Below, in pieces: positions 40,939-52,956 of a stretch of 64,000 bases of DNA (its first letter is position 1; every line of letters starts with the position of its first letter). The notes below the pieces were generated by a model. The model was not told the origin of the DNA and searched no databases. It saw nothing but the letters and a program-made list of their open reading frames with translations. The stretch comes from Lachnospiraceae bacterium (GTDB lineage Bacteria > Bacillota > Clostridia > Lachnospirales > Lachnospiraceae). The position numbers and the translations under genes are program-made. The stretch is from positions 3,723 to 67,722 of the forward strand of contig JALEIR010000066.1 in NCBI GenBank assembly GCA_022769665.1, read 5' to 3'.

Positions 40939-41466
40939 ATGGGAGTAATGGACAAGTTTTTAAATTACATGAAGCTAAACGGTGAAGAAGACGACGAATA
41001 TTTTGATGATGATTATCTGGATGAAGATGAAGAAGTAGAGGTGCCTTCAAGCAGGAAATCTCAGTTACAAAAAACAAGGGAAGAAGAACCTGAAGAAAGA
41101 CCGATTAAAAAACAGCCTGTTGCGGGAGGTAATAAGATTACTCCGATAAAGCAGACTTCTCAAAGAAGAACTGCGGGTGGCTCAGGCATGGAAGTTTGTG
41201 TAATAAAGCCTACCTCCGTTGAGGATGCGAGAGAAATTACGGAAACACTTTTGGCAAATCGCACGGTTGTGCTGAATCTGGAAGGCCTGGATGTGGATAT
41301 AGCGCAAAGAATAATTGATTTTACGAGCGGTTCCTGTTTCGCAATTTCAGGAAATCTTCAGAAGATTTCGCACTATATCTTTATTATTACACCTGCCAGT
41401 GTGGATGTTTCAGGTGATTTTCAGGATATTTTCGGAGGCTCCTTTGAGATGCCGCTTAATAATTAG
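40939..41466 (+). CDS. sepF: Cell division protein SepF
   Basis: MDKFLNYMKL N-terminus; AQRIIDFTSG. Confidence 0.93.
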   Translation: MGVMDKFLNYMKLNGEEDDEYFDDDYLDEDEEVEVPSSRKSQLQKTREEEPEERPIKKQPVAGGNKITPIKQTSQRRTAGGSGMEVCVIKPTSVEDAREITETLLANRTVVLNLEGLDVDIAQRIIDFTSGSCFAISGNLQKISHYIFIITPASVDVSGDFQDIFGGSFEMPLNN

Positions 41467-41519
41467 CTAAACGTGAGAGTCTGCCTTGCGGGCTCTCAAA
41501 TTTGTTAAGGAGAAAAGGT

Positions 41520-42629
41520 ATGTCAGAAAGATTACCTATTTTGTATAATAAAAAACCCTGTTATGATATTGTTTTTACCAAATCTTTTGATGAACTATGG
41601 GATGAACTAAATAATCTTGGGTGTGAGAAGAGAAGAATCTGCATAGTAACAGATTCAAAAGTTGATGAGCTTTACGGTGATTGTGTTTTTAAGTTGTTGG
41701 ATGGGAAGTGCCTGAAAACAGTGAAATACGCTTTCCCAAACGGTGAAGAAAATAAAAATCTGGATACTGTAAAAGAAATATATAAATTTCTGATAGAGGA
41801 AGGTTTTGACAGAAAAGATATGCTTTTGGCTCTTGGTGGCGGAGTTGTAGGAGATACAACAGGATATGTAGCCGCTACATATCTCAGAGGTATAGATTTT
41901 GTACAGGTTCCGACGACTTTGCTTTCCCAGGCCGACAGCAGTATCGGAGGGAAGACCGGAGTTGATTTCGACGGTTATAAAAACATGGTTGGGGCTTTTA
42001 AGATGCCAAGGCTTGTATACATGAACCTGGATGTGCTAAGGACCTTGGATGACAGGCAGTTTTTCTCAGGCTTCGGTGAAGTGATGAAGCACGGGTTGAT
42101 AAAGGATTCCATGTTTTATGAATGGTTGATTGAGAATATGTATGAAATTTGTGAGCGTGATCTGGATGTGCTTCAAGAGATGCTAATCAGAAGCTGTACC
42201 GTTAAAAAGCTTGTGGTGGAAAAAGATCCGACGGAGCAGGGGGAAAGAGCTCTTTTGAATTTTGGACATACTGTAGGTCACGCTATAGAAAAAGCAAAAA
42301 ATTTTGAACTCTTTCATGGTGAGTGTGTTGCGCTGGGAGCTGTTGCTGCAGCCTATATTTCGTGGAAGAGAGAAATGATTTCCATGGAGGAATATTACGA
42401 AATCAGAGATATGTTCGTACCTTTCTGTTTACCGATTTCGGTAGATGATATTGATCCGGAGGAAATACTTCGCCTGACGAAATCCGATAAAAAGATGGAG
42501 TCCGGGAAAATTAAATTTGTATTGTTGAAGAAAATAGGAAAAGCGGTTATTGACAACACGGTGACTGACGAAGAAATTCTGGCGGCAATCAACGAAATAA
42601 ATTTCAGTGAAGAGGATGCACATGCGTAA
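41520..42629 (+). CDS. aroB: 3-dehydroquinate synthase
   Basis: GGGVVGD, PTTLL, DSSIGGKT, LNFGHT, HGECV. Confidence 0.95.
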   Translation: MSERLPILYNKKPCYDIVFTKSFDELWDELNNLGCEKRRICIVTDSKVDELYGDCVFKLLDGKCLKTVKYAFPNGEENKNLDTVKEIYKFLIEEGFDRKDMLLALGGGVVGDTTGYVAATYLRGIDFVQVPTTLLSQADSSIGGKTGVDFDGYKNMVGAFKMPRLVYMNLDVLRTLDDRQFFSGFGEVMKHGLIKDSMFYEWLIENMYEICERDLDVLQEMLIRSCTVKKLVVEKDPTEQGERALLNFGHTVGHAIEKAKNFELFHGECVALGAVAAAYISWKREMISMEEYYEIRDMFVPFCLPISVDDIDPEEILRLTKSDKKMESGKIKFVLLKKIGKAVIDNTVTDEEILAAINEINFSEEDAHA

Positions 42630-43146
42630 AAGAGGTTTCATGCTGTTAATTGATGTATTCATCACAGTGCTTTTGCTTGCGGTGGATCAGTTTACAAAAT
42701 ATCTTGCAATTAAGTATTTGAAAGATGCACCATCCGTGGTATTAATTGACGGAGTATTGGAGTTGAGCTATTTGGAAAACAGAGGTTCTGCTTTCGGAAT
42801 GCTGCAGAACCAAAAATTTTTTATCCTGTTTGTAGGATTTGTGTTCCTGGCAGTAATATTGTTTTTCCTTTTTAAATTGCCGGAAGATAAAAAATATACT
42901 GTGGTGCATATCTGCCTGGCTGCAATTATTGCAGGTGGAATCGGCAACATGATTGACCGTTTCCGGTTTGATTTTGTTGTGGATTTTATTTATTTTGTTT
43001 TGATTCATTTTCCCGTTTTCAACTTTGCGGATTGTTGTATTGTTGTAGCGGTTGTTGTTTTATTTATTATGTTTCTCTTTGTTTACAAGGAAAAAGATTT
43101 GGAATTTTTAAGCTTCAAACAAAATAAATATCGAGAAGTAAAGTAA
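42622..43146 (+). CDS. lspA: Lipoprotein signal peptidase
   Basis: NRGSAFG, GNMIDR, VVDF, FNFAD. Confidence 0.93.
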   Translation: MRKRGFMLLIDVFITVLLLAVDQFTKYLAIKYLKDAPSVVLIDGVLELSYLENRGSAFGMLQNQKFFILFVGFVFLAVILFFLFKLPEDKKYTVVHICLAAIIAGGIGNMIDRFRFDFVVDFIYFVLIHFPVFNFADCCIVVAVVVLFIMFLFVYKEKDLEFLSFKQNKYREVK

Positions 43147-43159
43147 CGAAGGAAAATGT

Positions 43160-44074
43160 ATGGATTTGTTTCGGTTTGAAATAACAGAAGAAATGGAAGA
43201 TGAGAGAATCGATAAGTGTCTTACGATGCTTATCGATTCTTTATCACGCTCTTTTATACAAAAACTGATTAAAGATGATAAGGTAAAGGTAAACGGAGCT
43301 TCTGTTAAGGGCAGTTATCATGTGAAAACGGATGACATTATTGAGTTCTTTCTGCCGGAAGCCGTAGAACCGGATATCGAACCGGAGAATATTCCTCTTG
43401 ATATACTTTATGAAGATAAAGATGTCATTGTTGTAAATAAACCGAAAGGTATGGTGGTGCATCCTGCGGCAGGTCATTACAGCGGAACTTTGGTTAATGC
43501 TCTTATGTTTCACTGCGGAAAAGAACTGTCCGGTATTAACGGATGTATGCGCCCGGGAATTGTTCATCGTATTGATATGAATACCACGGGTTCCGTTATT
43601 GTTTGTAAAAACGACCGTGCTCATAACTGCATTGCTGAGCAGCTGAAGGAGCATTCTGTAATCAGGCGTTATCACGCCATATGTTACGGTGTATTGAATG
43701 ATGAGGAATACGTGATCGATAAACCTATCGGAAGACACCCGACAGAAAGAAAGAAAATGGCTGTAAATGAAAAAAATGGGAAAAGGGCAGTTACGCATAT
43801 TAAGGTCCTAAAACGGTTCAGGGAATATACATATATTGAATGCGCCCTGGAGACAGGAAGGACTCACCAGATTCGCGTTCATATGGCAAGTATCGGTCAT
43901 CCTCTTTTGGGGGATGACGTCTACTCGGGCATAAAATGTCCTTTTAAACTGCAAGGCCAGACTCTTCATGCTAAGACGCTGGGATTTCGACATCCCGTTA
44001 CCGGAGAATATATTGAAACGGACGCACCGTTGCCGGAATATTTTCAACATTTACTTAAAATATTAGAAAGTTGA
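43160..44074 (+). CDS. RluA/RluD family pseudouridine synthase
   Basis: S4 domain, NKPKGMVVHP, HRID, TGRTHQIRVH. Confidence 0.95.
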   Translation: MDLFRFEITEEMEDERIDKCLTMLIDSLSRSFIQKLIKDDKVKVNGASVKGSYHVKTDDIIEFFLPEAVEPDIEPENIPLDILYEDKDVIVVNKPKGMVVHPAAGHYSGTLVNALMFHCGKELSGINGCMRPGIVHRIDMNTTGSVIVCKNDRAHNCIAEQLKEHSVIRRYHAICYGVLNDEEYVIDKPIGRHPTERKKMAVNEKNGKRAVTHIKVLKRFREYTYIECALETGRTHQIRVHMASIGHPLLGDDVYSGIKCPFKLQGQTLHAKTLGFRHPVTGEYIETDAPLPEYFQHLLKILES

Positions 44075-44187
44075 ATTTGAAATTAGTTTTAGTTGTCTAA
44101 AACTTAAAAAAGGTGTATAATATAATCAGATAAAAGCATAAATTCCCTGAAAAAGCTTTTATACTTTACGGGAAAGAGGTAGACAAT

Positions 44188-44814
44188 ATGAATACAGTGA
44201 TTACAATTGGAAGACAGTTCGGATCGGCCGGCAGGGAAATCGGTGAAAAGGTAGCAGAGTACTTTGGAATTAAGTGTTATGATAAGGAACTTTTAAGCAG
44301 AGCCGCAAAAGAGAGCGGTTTTTGCGAAGAGATGATTCAGAATCATGATGAACGCCCTACAAATTCCTTCTTATACAATCTGGTAATGGATACATATTCA
44401 TTTGGCTACAATGCTTCATCTTTAGTTGATATGCCTATCAGTCACAAGGTTTTTCTGGCTCAGTTTGACACAATTAAAAAGATAGCAGAAGAAGGTCCCT
44501 GTGTAATTGTAGGACGTTGTGCGGACTATGCGTTGGCGGATTATACGAATGTTGTTAATTTGTTTATTTTCGGAAACGAAGAGACAAAGATTAAACGAAT
44601 TATGGAAAGATATAATCTGACTGAGGCGAAGGCTAAAGATATGATTATCAAAAAAGATAAACAGCGCCAGAGTTATTATAACTACTATTCCTCCAAAAAG
44701 TGGGGACGTGCAGACAGCTATGACCTATGTATAAACAGCAGCATCCTTGGTATTGAGGGTACAGTGAAGCTGATTATTCAATATATTGAAGATTTTGAAA
44801 AGAAAAATGCATAA
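44188..44814 (+). CDS. Cytidylate kinase-like family protein
   Basis: ITIGRQFGSAG, IVGRCAD, YDLCINS. Confidence 0.9.
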   Translation: MNTVITIGRQFGSAGREIGEKVAEYFGIKCYDKELLSRAAKESGFCEEMIQNHDERPTNSFLYNLVMDTYSFGYNASSLVDMPISHKVFLAQFDTIKKIAEEGPCVIVGRCADYALADYTNVVNLFIFGNEETKIKRIMERYNLTEAKAKDMIIKKDKQRQSYYNYYSSKKWGRADSYDLCINSSILGIEGTVKLIIQYIEDFEKKNA

Positions 44815-44855
44815 AGCTATTGACATTTAAAGGCACCTCATGCTATTATACTACA

Positions 44856-44935
44856 GTATGCCGCATGACTCGGTAGAAGTGTGTCCAACAATAAGAAGGA
44901 TACCACCAAAGTCAGCGAGTAATATGAGCAAAGTT
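44856..44935 (+). ncRNA. Probable ribosomal protein L21 leader
   Basis: Between the promoter (TTGACA 44820-44825, TG-c-TATTAT 44841-44849) and rplU. Nested stems TGACT/AGTCA (44866-44870/44910-44914) and GTGTCC/GGATAC. The position matches the Firmicute L21 leader; no Rfam scan was run. Confidence 0.55.
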
Positions 44936-44977
44936 TGTATAGGCAAGCTTGATACTCATGAATAGGAGGTGCCTTTT

Positions 44978-45283
44978 ATGTACGCAATTATTGCAACAGG
45001 CGGAAAGCAGTACAAGGTTTCTGAAGGCGATATCATCAAGGTTGAGAAGCTGGATGCAGAAGCAGGTGCTACTGTTACTTTTGACCAGGTAATTGCAGTT
45101 AGTGACGGAACCCTGAAGGTTGGAGCAGATGTTGAGAATGCATCCGTTGCAGCTACCGTTATGGAGCAGGGAAGAGGTAAGAAGGTTATTGTATATAAGT
45201 ACAAGAGAAAAACCGGATACCACAAAAAGAACGGTCACAGACAAGCATACACTCAGGTTAAGATTGACAAGATTAACGCATAA
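44978..45283 (+). CDS. rplU: 50S ribosomal protein L21
   Basis: [12 protein letters not shown] ... GHRQAYT. Confidence 0.98.
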   Translation: MYAIIATGGKQYKVSEGDIIKVEKLDAEAGATVTFDQVIAVSDGTLKVGADVENASVAATVMEQGRGKKVIVYKYKRKTGYHKKNGHRQAYTQVKIDKINA

Positions 45284-45615
45284 TGACAACTGTGGTGATT
45301 TGTAAAGATCGGAACGGTTCCTACAGAGGATTTCACTGTATGGGACATGCAGAGTACGCAAAAAAGGGAAAACCTGATATTGTTTGTGCAGCAATTTCGG
45401 CATTAACTATCGGTACGATTAATTCCCTGGAGGAATTGGCAGGAGAAAAGCTTCAAATCTCTCAAAATGAAGAAACGGGCTTTTTGAGTTGCAACTTTGA
45501 GAGTACTTTGCAGGAAAAGTCGTCTTTTCTGATGGATTCCATGGTGTTTTCTTTGGAAAATATCAGCAAAGAATACGGCGAAAAGTATTTGCAAGTAAAA
45601 TTCGAGGAGGTGTAG
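45283..45615 (+). CDS. prp: Ribosomal-processing cysteine protease Prp (YsxB)
   Basis: GHA and DIVCAAIS motifs; lies between rplU and rpmA. Confidence 0.93.
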   Translation: MTTVVICKDRNGSYRGFHCMGHAEYAKKGKPDIVCAAISALTIGTINSLEELAGEKLQISQNEETGFLSCNFESTLQEKSSFLMDSMVFSLENISKEYGEKYLQVKFEEV

Positions 45616-45618
45616 ACC

Positions 45619-45903
45619 ATGATGAATATGAACCTTCAATTTTTCGCTCATAAAAAGGGAGTAGGTTCTACCAAGAACGGTAGAGATTCCGAGTCCAAGA
45701 GATTAGGTGCGAAGAGAGCTGACGGACAGTTCGTAAAGGCTGGAAACATTCTTTACAGACAGCGCGGAACCAAGATTCATCCCGGTGTAAACGTTGGAAT
45801 CGGCGGAGACGATACCCTGTTTGCCCTGGTTGACGGTGTTCTTCGTTTCGAGAGAAAGGGAAGAGACAAGAAGCAGGCTTCTGTTTACCCTGTAGAACAG
45901 TAA
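45619..45903 (+). CDS. rpmA: 50S ribosomal protein L27
   Basis: [19 protein letters not shown], including the Prp-cleaved leader. Confidence 0.98.
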   Translation: MMNMNLQFFAHKKGVGSTKNGRDSESKRLGAKRADGQFVKAGNILYRQRGTKIHPGVNVGIGGDDTLFALVDGVLRFERKGRDKKQASVYPVEQ

Positions 45904-45914
45904 TCCGAGTTCAG

Positions 45915-47262
<1,348 letters not shown>

Positions 47263-47289
47263 TTTTGATTTATTTCAGGAGAAAATATC

Positions 47290-47580
47290 ATGACAAGTAA
47301 ACAGAGAGCTTATTTAAAAAGCCTTGCAAGCAATCTGGATCCGATTTTTCAGGTTGGAAAATCCAGTCTGACACCGGAATTAACAGAAGCAATCGGTGAG
47401 TCTTTTAACAAAAATGAACTGATTAAGGTTGCAGTACTAAAAAACTGCGTGGATGATCCAAGAGAAATTGCGCAGATGGTGGCTGAGAGAACTCATTCAC
47501 AAGTGGTTCAGGTTATAGGTAAAAAATTTGTTCTTTACAAGCCGGACAAAGAAAAACCGAAGATTGAACTGCCTAAATAA
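47290..47580 (+). CDS. yhbY: RNA-binding protein YhbY
   Basis: KQRAYLKSLA, ELIKV, QVIG. Confidence 0.93.
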   Translation: MTSKQRAYLKSLASNLDPIFQVGKSSLTPELTEAIGESFNKNELIKVAVLKNCVDDPREIAQMVAERTHSQVVQVIGKKFVLYKPDKEKPKIELPK

Positions 47581-47599
47581 GTAAAAGGAGTTTCCCGGT

Positions 47600-48205
47600 A
47601 TGTGTAAAATCGGAATTATGGGAGGAACCTTTAACCCAATTCATATAGGACATCTTTTGCTTGCCGAATGTGCTATGGAGGAAGCAGGTTTGGAAGAGGT
47701 ATGGCTGATACCGGCGGGATATCCCTATCAAAAATCCAAAGATAATATCTTGCCGGGGTCAGAAAGGCTTTATATGGCAGAACTTGCAATCCGTGGGAAC
47801 AGTAAAATGCGGTGTCTCGACTTGGAAATTAATCGGAAAGGCTTCACATATACCTATGAGACATTGGAGGAATTGAAATATTTATATCCCAATTGTGAAT
47901 TCTATTTTATTATGGGAGCCGATTGCCTTAATTCACTGGGAAGTTGGAAAAAGCCTGATATTATTTTACAGAACAGTACCGTGATTGCAGCAGTCAGAGA
48001 TGATGTATCTATGAACGAGATGGAAGAAAAAAAGAATGAATTGGTCCGATTGTTTGGTGGAGAAATTATATTAGTTCCCTTTATACGAATGTCAATCTCT
48101 TCCTCGGAAATCAGAAAACGTATTGCGGAGAATAAAAGCATTCGATATTTAGTGCCGGATGATGTGAAAGATTATATAGAGAAAAAGGGTTTTTATCGTG
48201 GATAG
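47600..48205 (+). CDS. nadD: Nicotinate-nucleotide adenylyltransferase
   Basis: GGTFNPIHIGH, MGAD, ISSSEIR. Confidence 0.95.
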   Translation: MCKIGIMGGTFNPIHIGHLLLAECAMEEAGLEEVWLIPAGYPYQKSKDNILPGSERLYMAELAIRGNSKMRCLDLEINRKGFTYTYETLEELKYLYPNCEFYFIMGADCLNSLGSWKKPDIILQNSTVIAAVRDDVSMNEMEEKKNELVRLFGGEIILVPFIRMSISSSEIRKRIAENKSIRYLVPDDVKDYIEKKGFYRG

Positions 48206-48806
48206 TGCAAAAGAGATCAGAAAGCTCAGGAAAAAAATTGAAAAGGTCCAGGACGCGAAGAGGTTTGAGCATACTTTGGGTGTGGAATATACTGCCGCTG
48301 CTCTTGCCATGTGCTACGGAGCCTCGGTTGAGGATGCACGTCTGGCCGGGCTTTTACACGACTGTGCGAAATGTTTGACTGATGAAAAAAGACTTTCAAT
48401 TTGTAAAAAAAATGATATCCCTGTGACAGAAATTGAAATGAGAAATCCTTTTTTGCTACATGCAAAAGTGGGGGCATTTCTTGCGAAGGAAAAGTACGGT
48501 GTGGGAAAACAGGATATTCTAAATGCTATTCTATATCACACAACCGGTCATGAGAACATGAGCCTCTTGGAAAAAATTATTTTTGTGGCTGATTACATTG
48601 AACCCGGAAGAAAACAGGCTCCAAATCTTCTTGAAATAAGAAAGCTTGCTTTTCAAAATCTGGACAATGCCATGCTGCAAATTTTGGAAGATACGTTGAA
48701 ATATCTTCAAAGCGGTGGTGGAGAGACGGATCCCATGACAGAAATCACCTGGCGTTATTATAAAGAAAAAAGGGAAGAAGAACGGAGGGTATATGGAAAA
48801 CAATAA
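48198..48806 (+). CDS. yqeK: HD-domain Ap4A hydrolase YqeK
   Basis: RFEHT, LLHDCAK, LHA, HTTG, ADYIEPGR. Confidence 0.93.
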   Translation: MDSAKEIRKLRKKIEKVQDAKRFEHTLGVEYTAAALAMCYGASVEDARLAGLLHDCAKCLTDEKRLSICKKNDIPVTEIEMRNPFLLHAKVGAFLAKEKYGVGKQDILNAILYHTTGHENMSLLEKIIFVADYIEPGRKQAPNLLEIRKLAFQNLDNAMLQILEDTLKYLQSGGGETDPMTEITWRYYKEKREEERRVYGKQ

Positions 48807-49152
48807 ATCTTTTGAAATGGCAAAACTTGCAATCGAAGCCCTTGAAGACAAGAAGGCTGAAGATATTCGCATGATAGATATCAGCGAAGTATCTGTCATA
48901 GCGGATTATTTTATTATAGCCGGAGGAAGCAACAGGAGCCAGATTCAGGCTCTTTGTGATAATGTTGAAGAAAAGCTGGGAAGAGCGGGGTTGCCGGTAA
49001 AACAGATTGAAGGATATGATACCGCAAACTGGGTGCTTCTTGATTTTGGAGATATTATTGTGCACATTTTCGATAAAGAAAACAGATTGTTATATGATTT
49101 GGAAAGAATCTGGAGAGACGGTAAACAGATTGAATTAAAGGATATCGAATAA
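48793..49152 (+). CDS. rsfS: Ribosome silencing factor
   Basis: EDKKAEDI, WVLLDFGDIIVHIF, YDLERIW. Confidence 0.95.
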   Translation: MENNKSFEMAKLAIEALEDKKAEDIRMIDISEVSVIADYFIIAGGSNRSQIQALCDNVEEKLGRAGLPVKQIEGYDTANWVLLDFGDIIVHIFDKENRLLYDLERIWRDGKQIELKDIE

Positions 49153-49161
49153 ACGAGACAT

Positions 49162-49203
49162 AAAAGGAAGCCCCAACATGATTTGTTGCGGCTTCCTTTT
49201 TTT
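49162..49203. terminator. Bidirectional intrinsic terminator
   Basis: AAAAGGAAGCC ... GGCTTCCTTTT between convergent rsfS and the DUF378 gene. Confidence 0.8.
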
Positions 49204-49210
49204 CAGACAT

Positions 49211-49417
49211 TTAGTCTTGGCTGCCCAGGTGCATGTAGAAGCTGATAAGGTATAATCCGCAGATACCGACGATTGCATATATGATTCTGGAAAGCCAGGA
49301 CATATCTCCGAAGAGAAAGGCTACCAAATCAAAGCGGAAAATACCGATTAACAACCAATTGATTGCACCGATAATCACAAGTGTGAGGGCAGTACCGTCC
49401 AGATATTTATTTCCCAT
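49211..49417 (-). CDS. DUF378 domain small membrane protein
   Basis: IIGAINWLLIG ... RIIYAIVGICG. Confidence 0.9.
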   Translation of the reverse strand: MGNKYLDGTALTLVIIGAINWLLIGIFRFDLVAFLFGDMSWLSRIIYAIVGICGLYLISFYMHLGSQD

Positions 49418-49617
49418 AGTTACCTCTCATTCTGCACGGTTTTATGGAACCGGCTGTATTACTATCTGTAAATTCTTGATTTTTATTCACATTTTTCAAA
49501 GAAAATTTTATTTATTTATTGACAAAAAAATGGGTGTAGCGTATGATTGAAAAATGATAATTATACTTGTATACAATTATCATGAGGTACAGAATAAGTA
49601 TCAAAGGAGGAAATTTT

Positions 49618-50778
49618 ATGAAAAGATTTAACAAAGTAGTAAGTGTTGTCGTAGCTTCTGCAATGGTAATGGCTATGGCAGGATGTGGTTCCGATGCAAA
49701 CAACGGTTCCGCAGATACTTATAAGATTGGTGGTATCGGACCTACCACCGGAGGCGCAGCTGCATACGGACTTGCAGTACAGAATGCAGCACAGCTTGCT
49801 GTTGATGAGATTAATGCAGCAGGCGGAGTAAACGGCTATAAGCTGGAGTTGAATTTCCAGGATGACGAACTGGACGCTGAGAAATCTGTCAATGCTTATA
49901 ACACTTTGAAGGACTGGGGCGCACAGATTATTCTGGGATCAGTTACCAGTGGCTGTTGTATAGCCGTAACAGACAAGACGAAGGCGGACAATATGTTCCA
50001 GTTGACTCCTTCCGGTTCCGCTGTGGCATGCACACAATATGAAAATAATTTCCGTGTCTGCTTCTCAGACCCTGCTCAGGGTGCTGCATCGGCACAGTAT
50101 ATCGGTGAGAATGGGCTTGCTTCCAAAGTTGCTATTATCTATGACAGCTCTGATACCTATTCTACAGGTATTTATGAGAGTTTTGTAAACGGAGCTGCAA
50201 GCCAGCCTTTTGAAATTGTTACTGAGGAAGCATTTACTGCTGACAGCAAGACTGACTTTTCCGTGCAGCTTCAGAAAGCTCAGGACGCAGGTGCAGATTT
50301 GGTCTTCCTTCCTATTTATTATCAGGAGGCTTCTTTGATTCTGACTCAGGCAAACGGTATGGGATATGCACCTAAGTTCTTTGGTGTGGACGGTATGGAT
50401 GGTATTCTGACCGGTGTTGATAACTTTGACAAGAGCCTTGCCGAAGGCGTTATGTTGTTGACTCCTTTTGCAGCAGATGCGACAGATGATTTGACTGTTA
50501 AATTTGTTACTTCTTACCAGGAAAAATTCGGTGAGATTCCTAACCAGTTTGCAGCAGATGCTTATGACGGGGTTTATGCTCTGAAAGCAGCTCTTGAAAA
50601 GAGCGGTGTAAAACCTTCTGACAGCGTATCCGATATTTGCGAAGGCCTGAAGGCGGCTTTCGTAGAAATCTCCATAGATGGACTGACAGGAGCCGGAATT
50701 GTATGGGATGCGGCAGGAGAACCTAATAAGGCGCCCAAGGCAGTAATCATTGAGAACGGTGCATATAAGGCAATGTAA
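49618..50778 (+). CDS. Branched-chain amino acid ABC transporter substrate-binding lipoprotein (LivJ/K-like)
   Basis: Lipobox MAGC, GPTTGGAAAYG, AADAYD. RBS GGAGG before ATG 49618. Confidence 0.93.
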   Translation: MKRFNKVVSVVVASAMVMAMAGCGSDANNGSADTYKIGGIGPTTGGAAAYGLAVQNAAQLAVDEINAAGGVNGYKLELNFQDDELDAEKSVNAYNTLKDWGAQIILGSVTSGCCIAVTDKTKADNMFQLTPSGSAVACTQYENNFRVCFSDPAQGAASAQYIGENGLASKVAIIYDSSDTYSTGIYESFVNGAASQPFEIVTEEAFTADSKTDFSVQLQKAQDAGADLVFLPIYYQEASLILTQANGMGYAPKFFGVDGMDGILTGVDNFDKSLAEGVMLLTPFAADATDDLTVKFVTSYQEKFGEIPNQFAADAYDGVYALKAALEKSGVKPSDSVSDICEGLKAAFVEISIDGLTGAGIVWDAAGEPNKAPKAVIIENGAYKAM

Positions 50779-50794
50779 TTTTGTGTAACCAACG

Positions 50795-50828
50795 GGGGTT
50801 GCCATACAAGGCAGCCCCTGAATTTTTT
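50795..50828 (+). terminator. Stem-loop after the substrate-binding protein gene
   Basis: GGGGTTGCC-ATACAA-GGCAGCCCC followed by a T-rich tract. Confidence 0.65.
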
Positions 50829-50956
50829 AAGGACAACAGATGATTTTAAGAGTCTGCATCCTTCGAATACAGAGTCTTAAAGTTATTTGTTGCCCCAATA
50901 AAGCGCTTCTGATATAATATACGCGAGCAGAAAACCAAGCAGCTATGGAGGTATTT

Positions 50957-51841
50957 ATGAGTTTTATTAAATATTTGATAAGCGGAATCAGTTTGGGAAG
51001 TGTGTACGCATTGATTGCATTGGGCTATACCATGGTATACGGTATTGCAAAGATGCTGAATTTTGCACACGGCGATGTCATTATGATTGGAGCTTTTACT
51101 ACATATACCATATGCAGTACAATGGGGCTTCCCCCGGCAGTAGGCGTTCTTGCGGCAGTTGTACTTTGCACTCTGTTGGGAATGGGAATCGAAAAAGTTG
51201 CATATAAACCTTTAAGAAAAGCTTCTTCACCTCTTGCTGTTTTGATTACGGCAATCGGAGTAAGTTACCTTTTACAAAATGTGGCGTTACTGATTTTCGG
51301 TGCAAATACAAAAGCTTTTGCATCCGTAGTTTCTTTCCCCGCCGTTGAATTTGCAGACGGTGCCATCTCCATCACAGGAGAAACAATTGTTACAATTTTA
51401 TCTTGTATTGTGATAATGATTTGCCTTATGGTGTTTATCAAGAAGACAAAAGCAGGTCAGGCTATGCTGGCAGTTTCCGAAGATAAAGGTGCTGCACAGC
51501 TTATGGGCATTAATGTCAATGGTACAATTGCATTGACTTTTGCCATCGGCTCCGCTCTTGCAGCAATTGCCGGTGTATTACTCTGTTCGGCATATCCTTC
51601 GTTAAATCCTTACACAGGTTCAATGCCAGGTATAAAGGCATTCGTAGCTGCTGTATTTGGCGGAATCGGTTCCATTCCCGGTGCCTTTATAGGAGGCGTG
51701 TTGCTTGGAATTATTGAGATATTTGCCAAAGCCTACATTTCGTCTCAGGTTGCAGATGCAATCGTATTTGCTGTATTAATTATTGTACTGTTAATTAAAC
51801 CTACCGGCATTTTGGGCAAGAATATACAGGAAAAGGTTTAA
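50957..51841 (+). CDS. livH: BCAA ABC permease
   Basis: GSVYALIALGYT, NFAHG, GGIGS. Confidence 0.93.
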   Translation: MSFIKYLISGISLGSVYALIALGYTMVYGIAKMLNFAHGDVIMIGAFTTYTICSTMGLPPAVGVLAAVVLCTLLGMGIEKVAYKPLRKASSPLAVLITAIGVSYLLQNVALLIFGANTKAFASVVSFPAVEFADGAISITGETIVTILSCIVIMICLMVFIKKTKAGQAMLAVSEDKGAAQLMGINVNGTIALTFAIGSALAAIAGVLLCSAYPSLNPYTGSMPGIKAFVAAVFGGIGSIPGAFIGGVLLGIIEIFAKAYISSQVADAIVFAVLIIVLLIKPTGILGKNIQEKV

Positions 51842-51849
51842 GGAATGAG

Positions 51850-52953
51850 GTGAATAAGATGAAGGCAGATTTTATGAAAAAATTAAAGAGTAATAAAACG
51901 CTGAGAAGTAATCTCATTACCTTTGGGATGGTTATTCTGGCATATGTGATTATGGAGATTCTGATGGCTGCCGGATTGCTGTCAAACCTGTTAAAGGGTA
52001 TGTTGGTTCCGCTATGTGTTTATGCCATTCTGGCTGTTTCCTTAAATCTAACGGTCGGTATCTTGGGAGAGCTTAGTTTGGGACATGCGGGATTTATGTG
52101 TGTTGGTGCTTTCTCCAGTGCTTTCTTTTCAAAATGTATGCAGGAGGCCATTCCGATTGCCGGAGTGCGTTTTATATTGGCAATTCTGATCGGCGCTCTG
52201 TGCGCAGGTGTGTTTGGAATATTAATCGGAATTCCTGTTTTAAGACTAAAGGGAGATTACCTCGCAATTGTAACACTGGCATTTGGAGAAATAATTAAAA
52301 ATCTTGTGAATATTTTGTACATAGGAATCGACGAGAACGGTTTTCACTTTTCAACAAAGAGTTCCCTTGATTTAAATCTGTCGGAAAACGGTAAAATCAT
52401 TATACAGGGTGCTCAGGGAATTACAGGCACACCGAATGATTCCAATTTTACAGTAGGTATTCTATTACTTTTAATTACCTTAATAATTGTGTTGAATCTG
52501 ATTCATTCCAGAGACGGCCGTGCTATTATGGCAATTCGTGATAATACAATCGCAGCGGAATCAGTAGGTATCAATATTACCAAATATAAGTTGATGGCAT
52601 TCTCTATTTCCGCGGCATTGGCAGGAGTCGCAGGCGTACTTTATGCCCATAATCTATCTACGTTGACTGCGTTGCCTAAAAATTTCGGATACAATATGTC
52701 TATAATGATTTTAGTTTTTGTGGTATTGGGAGGAATCGGAAATATCCGTGGCTCTGTAATTGCTGCAGTTGTTCTGACATTGCTTCCGGAATTACTGAGA
52801 GGCTTGAACGACTACAGAATGTTGATATATGCTATTGTTTTGATTGTGATGATGCTCTTTAACTGGGCACCGGTATGTATCGGTTGGCGTGAAAAAATCA
52901 AATATAAAATGAAAAGCAGAAAGACTGTGAAGAACAGCGGAAAGGAGGCTTAA
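51850..52953 (+). CDS. livM: BCAA ABC permease
   Basis: SLGHAGF, LRLKGDYLAIVTLAFGE, AIRDN. Confidence 0.93.
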   Translation: MNKMKADFMKKLKSNKTLRSNLITFGMVILAYVIMEILMAAGLLSNLLKGMLVPLCVYAILAVSLNLTVGILGELSLGHAGFMCVGAFSSAFFSKCMQEAIPIAGVRFILAILIGALCAGVFGILIGIPVLRLKGDYLAIVTLAFGEIIKNLVNILYIGIDENGFHFSTKSSLDLNLSENGKIIIQGAQGITGTPNDSNFTVGILLLLITLIIVLNLIHSRDGRAIMAIRDNTIAAESVGINITKYKLMAFSISAALAGVAGVLYAHNLSTLTALPKNFGYNMSIMILVFVVLGGIGNIRGSVIAAVVLTLLPELLRGLNDYRMLIYAIVLIVMMLFNWAPVCIGWREKIKYKMKSRKTVKNSGKEA

Positions 52954-52956
52954 GTC

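Noticed and set aside
44085-44104. 8-bp inverted repeat AGTTTTAG-TTGT-CTAAAACT upstream of the cytidylate-kinase-like gene
   Set aside because: AT-rich and short, and I cannot match it to a known operator. Too weak to call.
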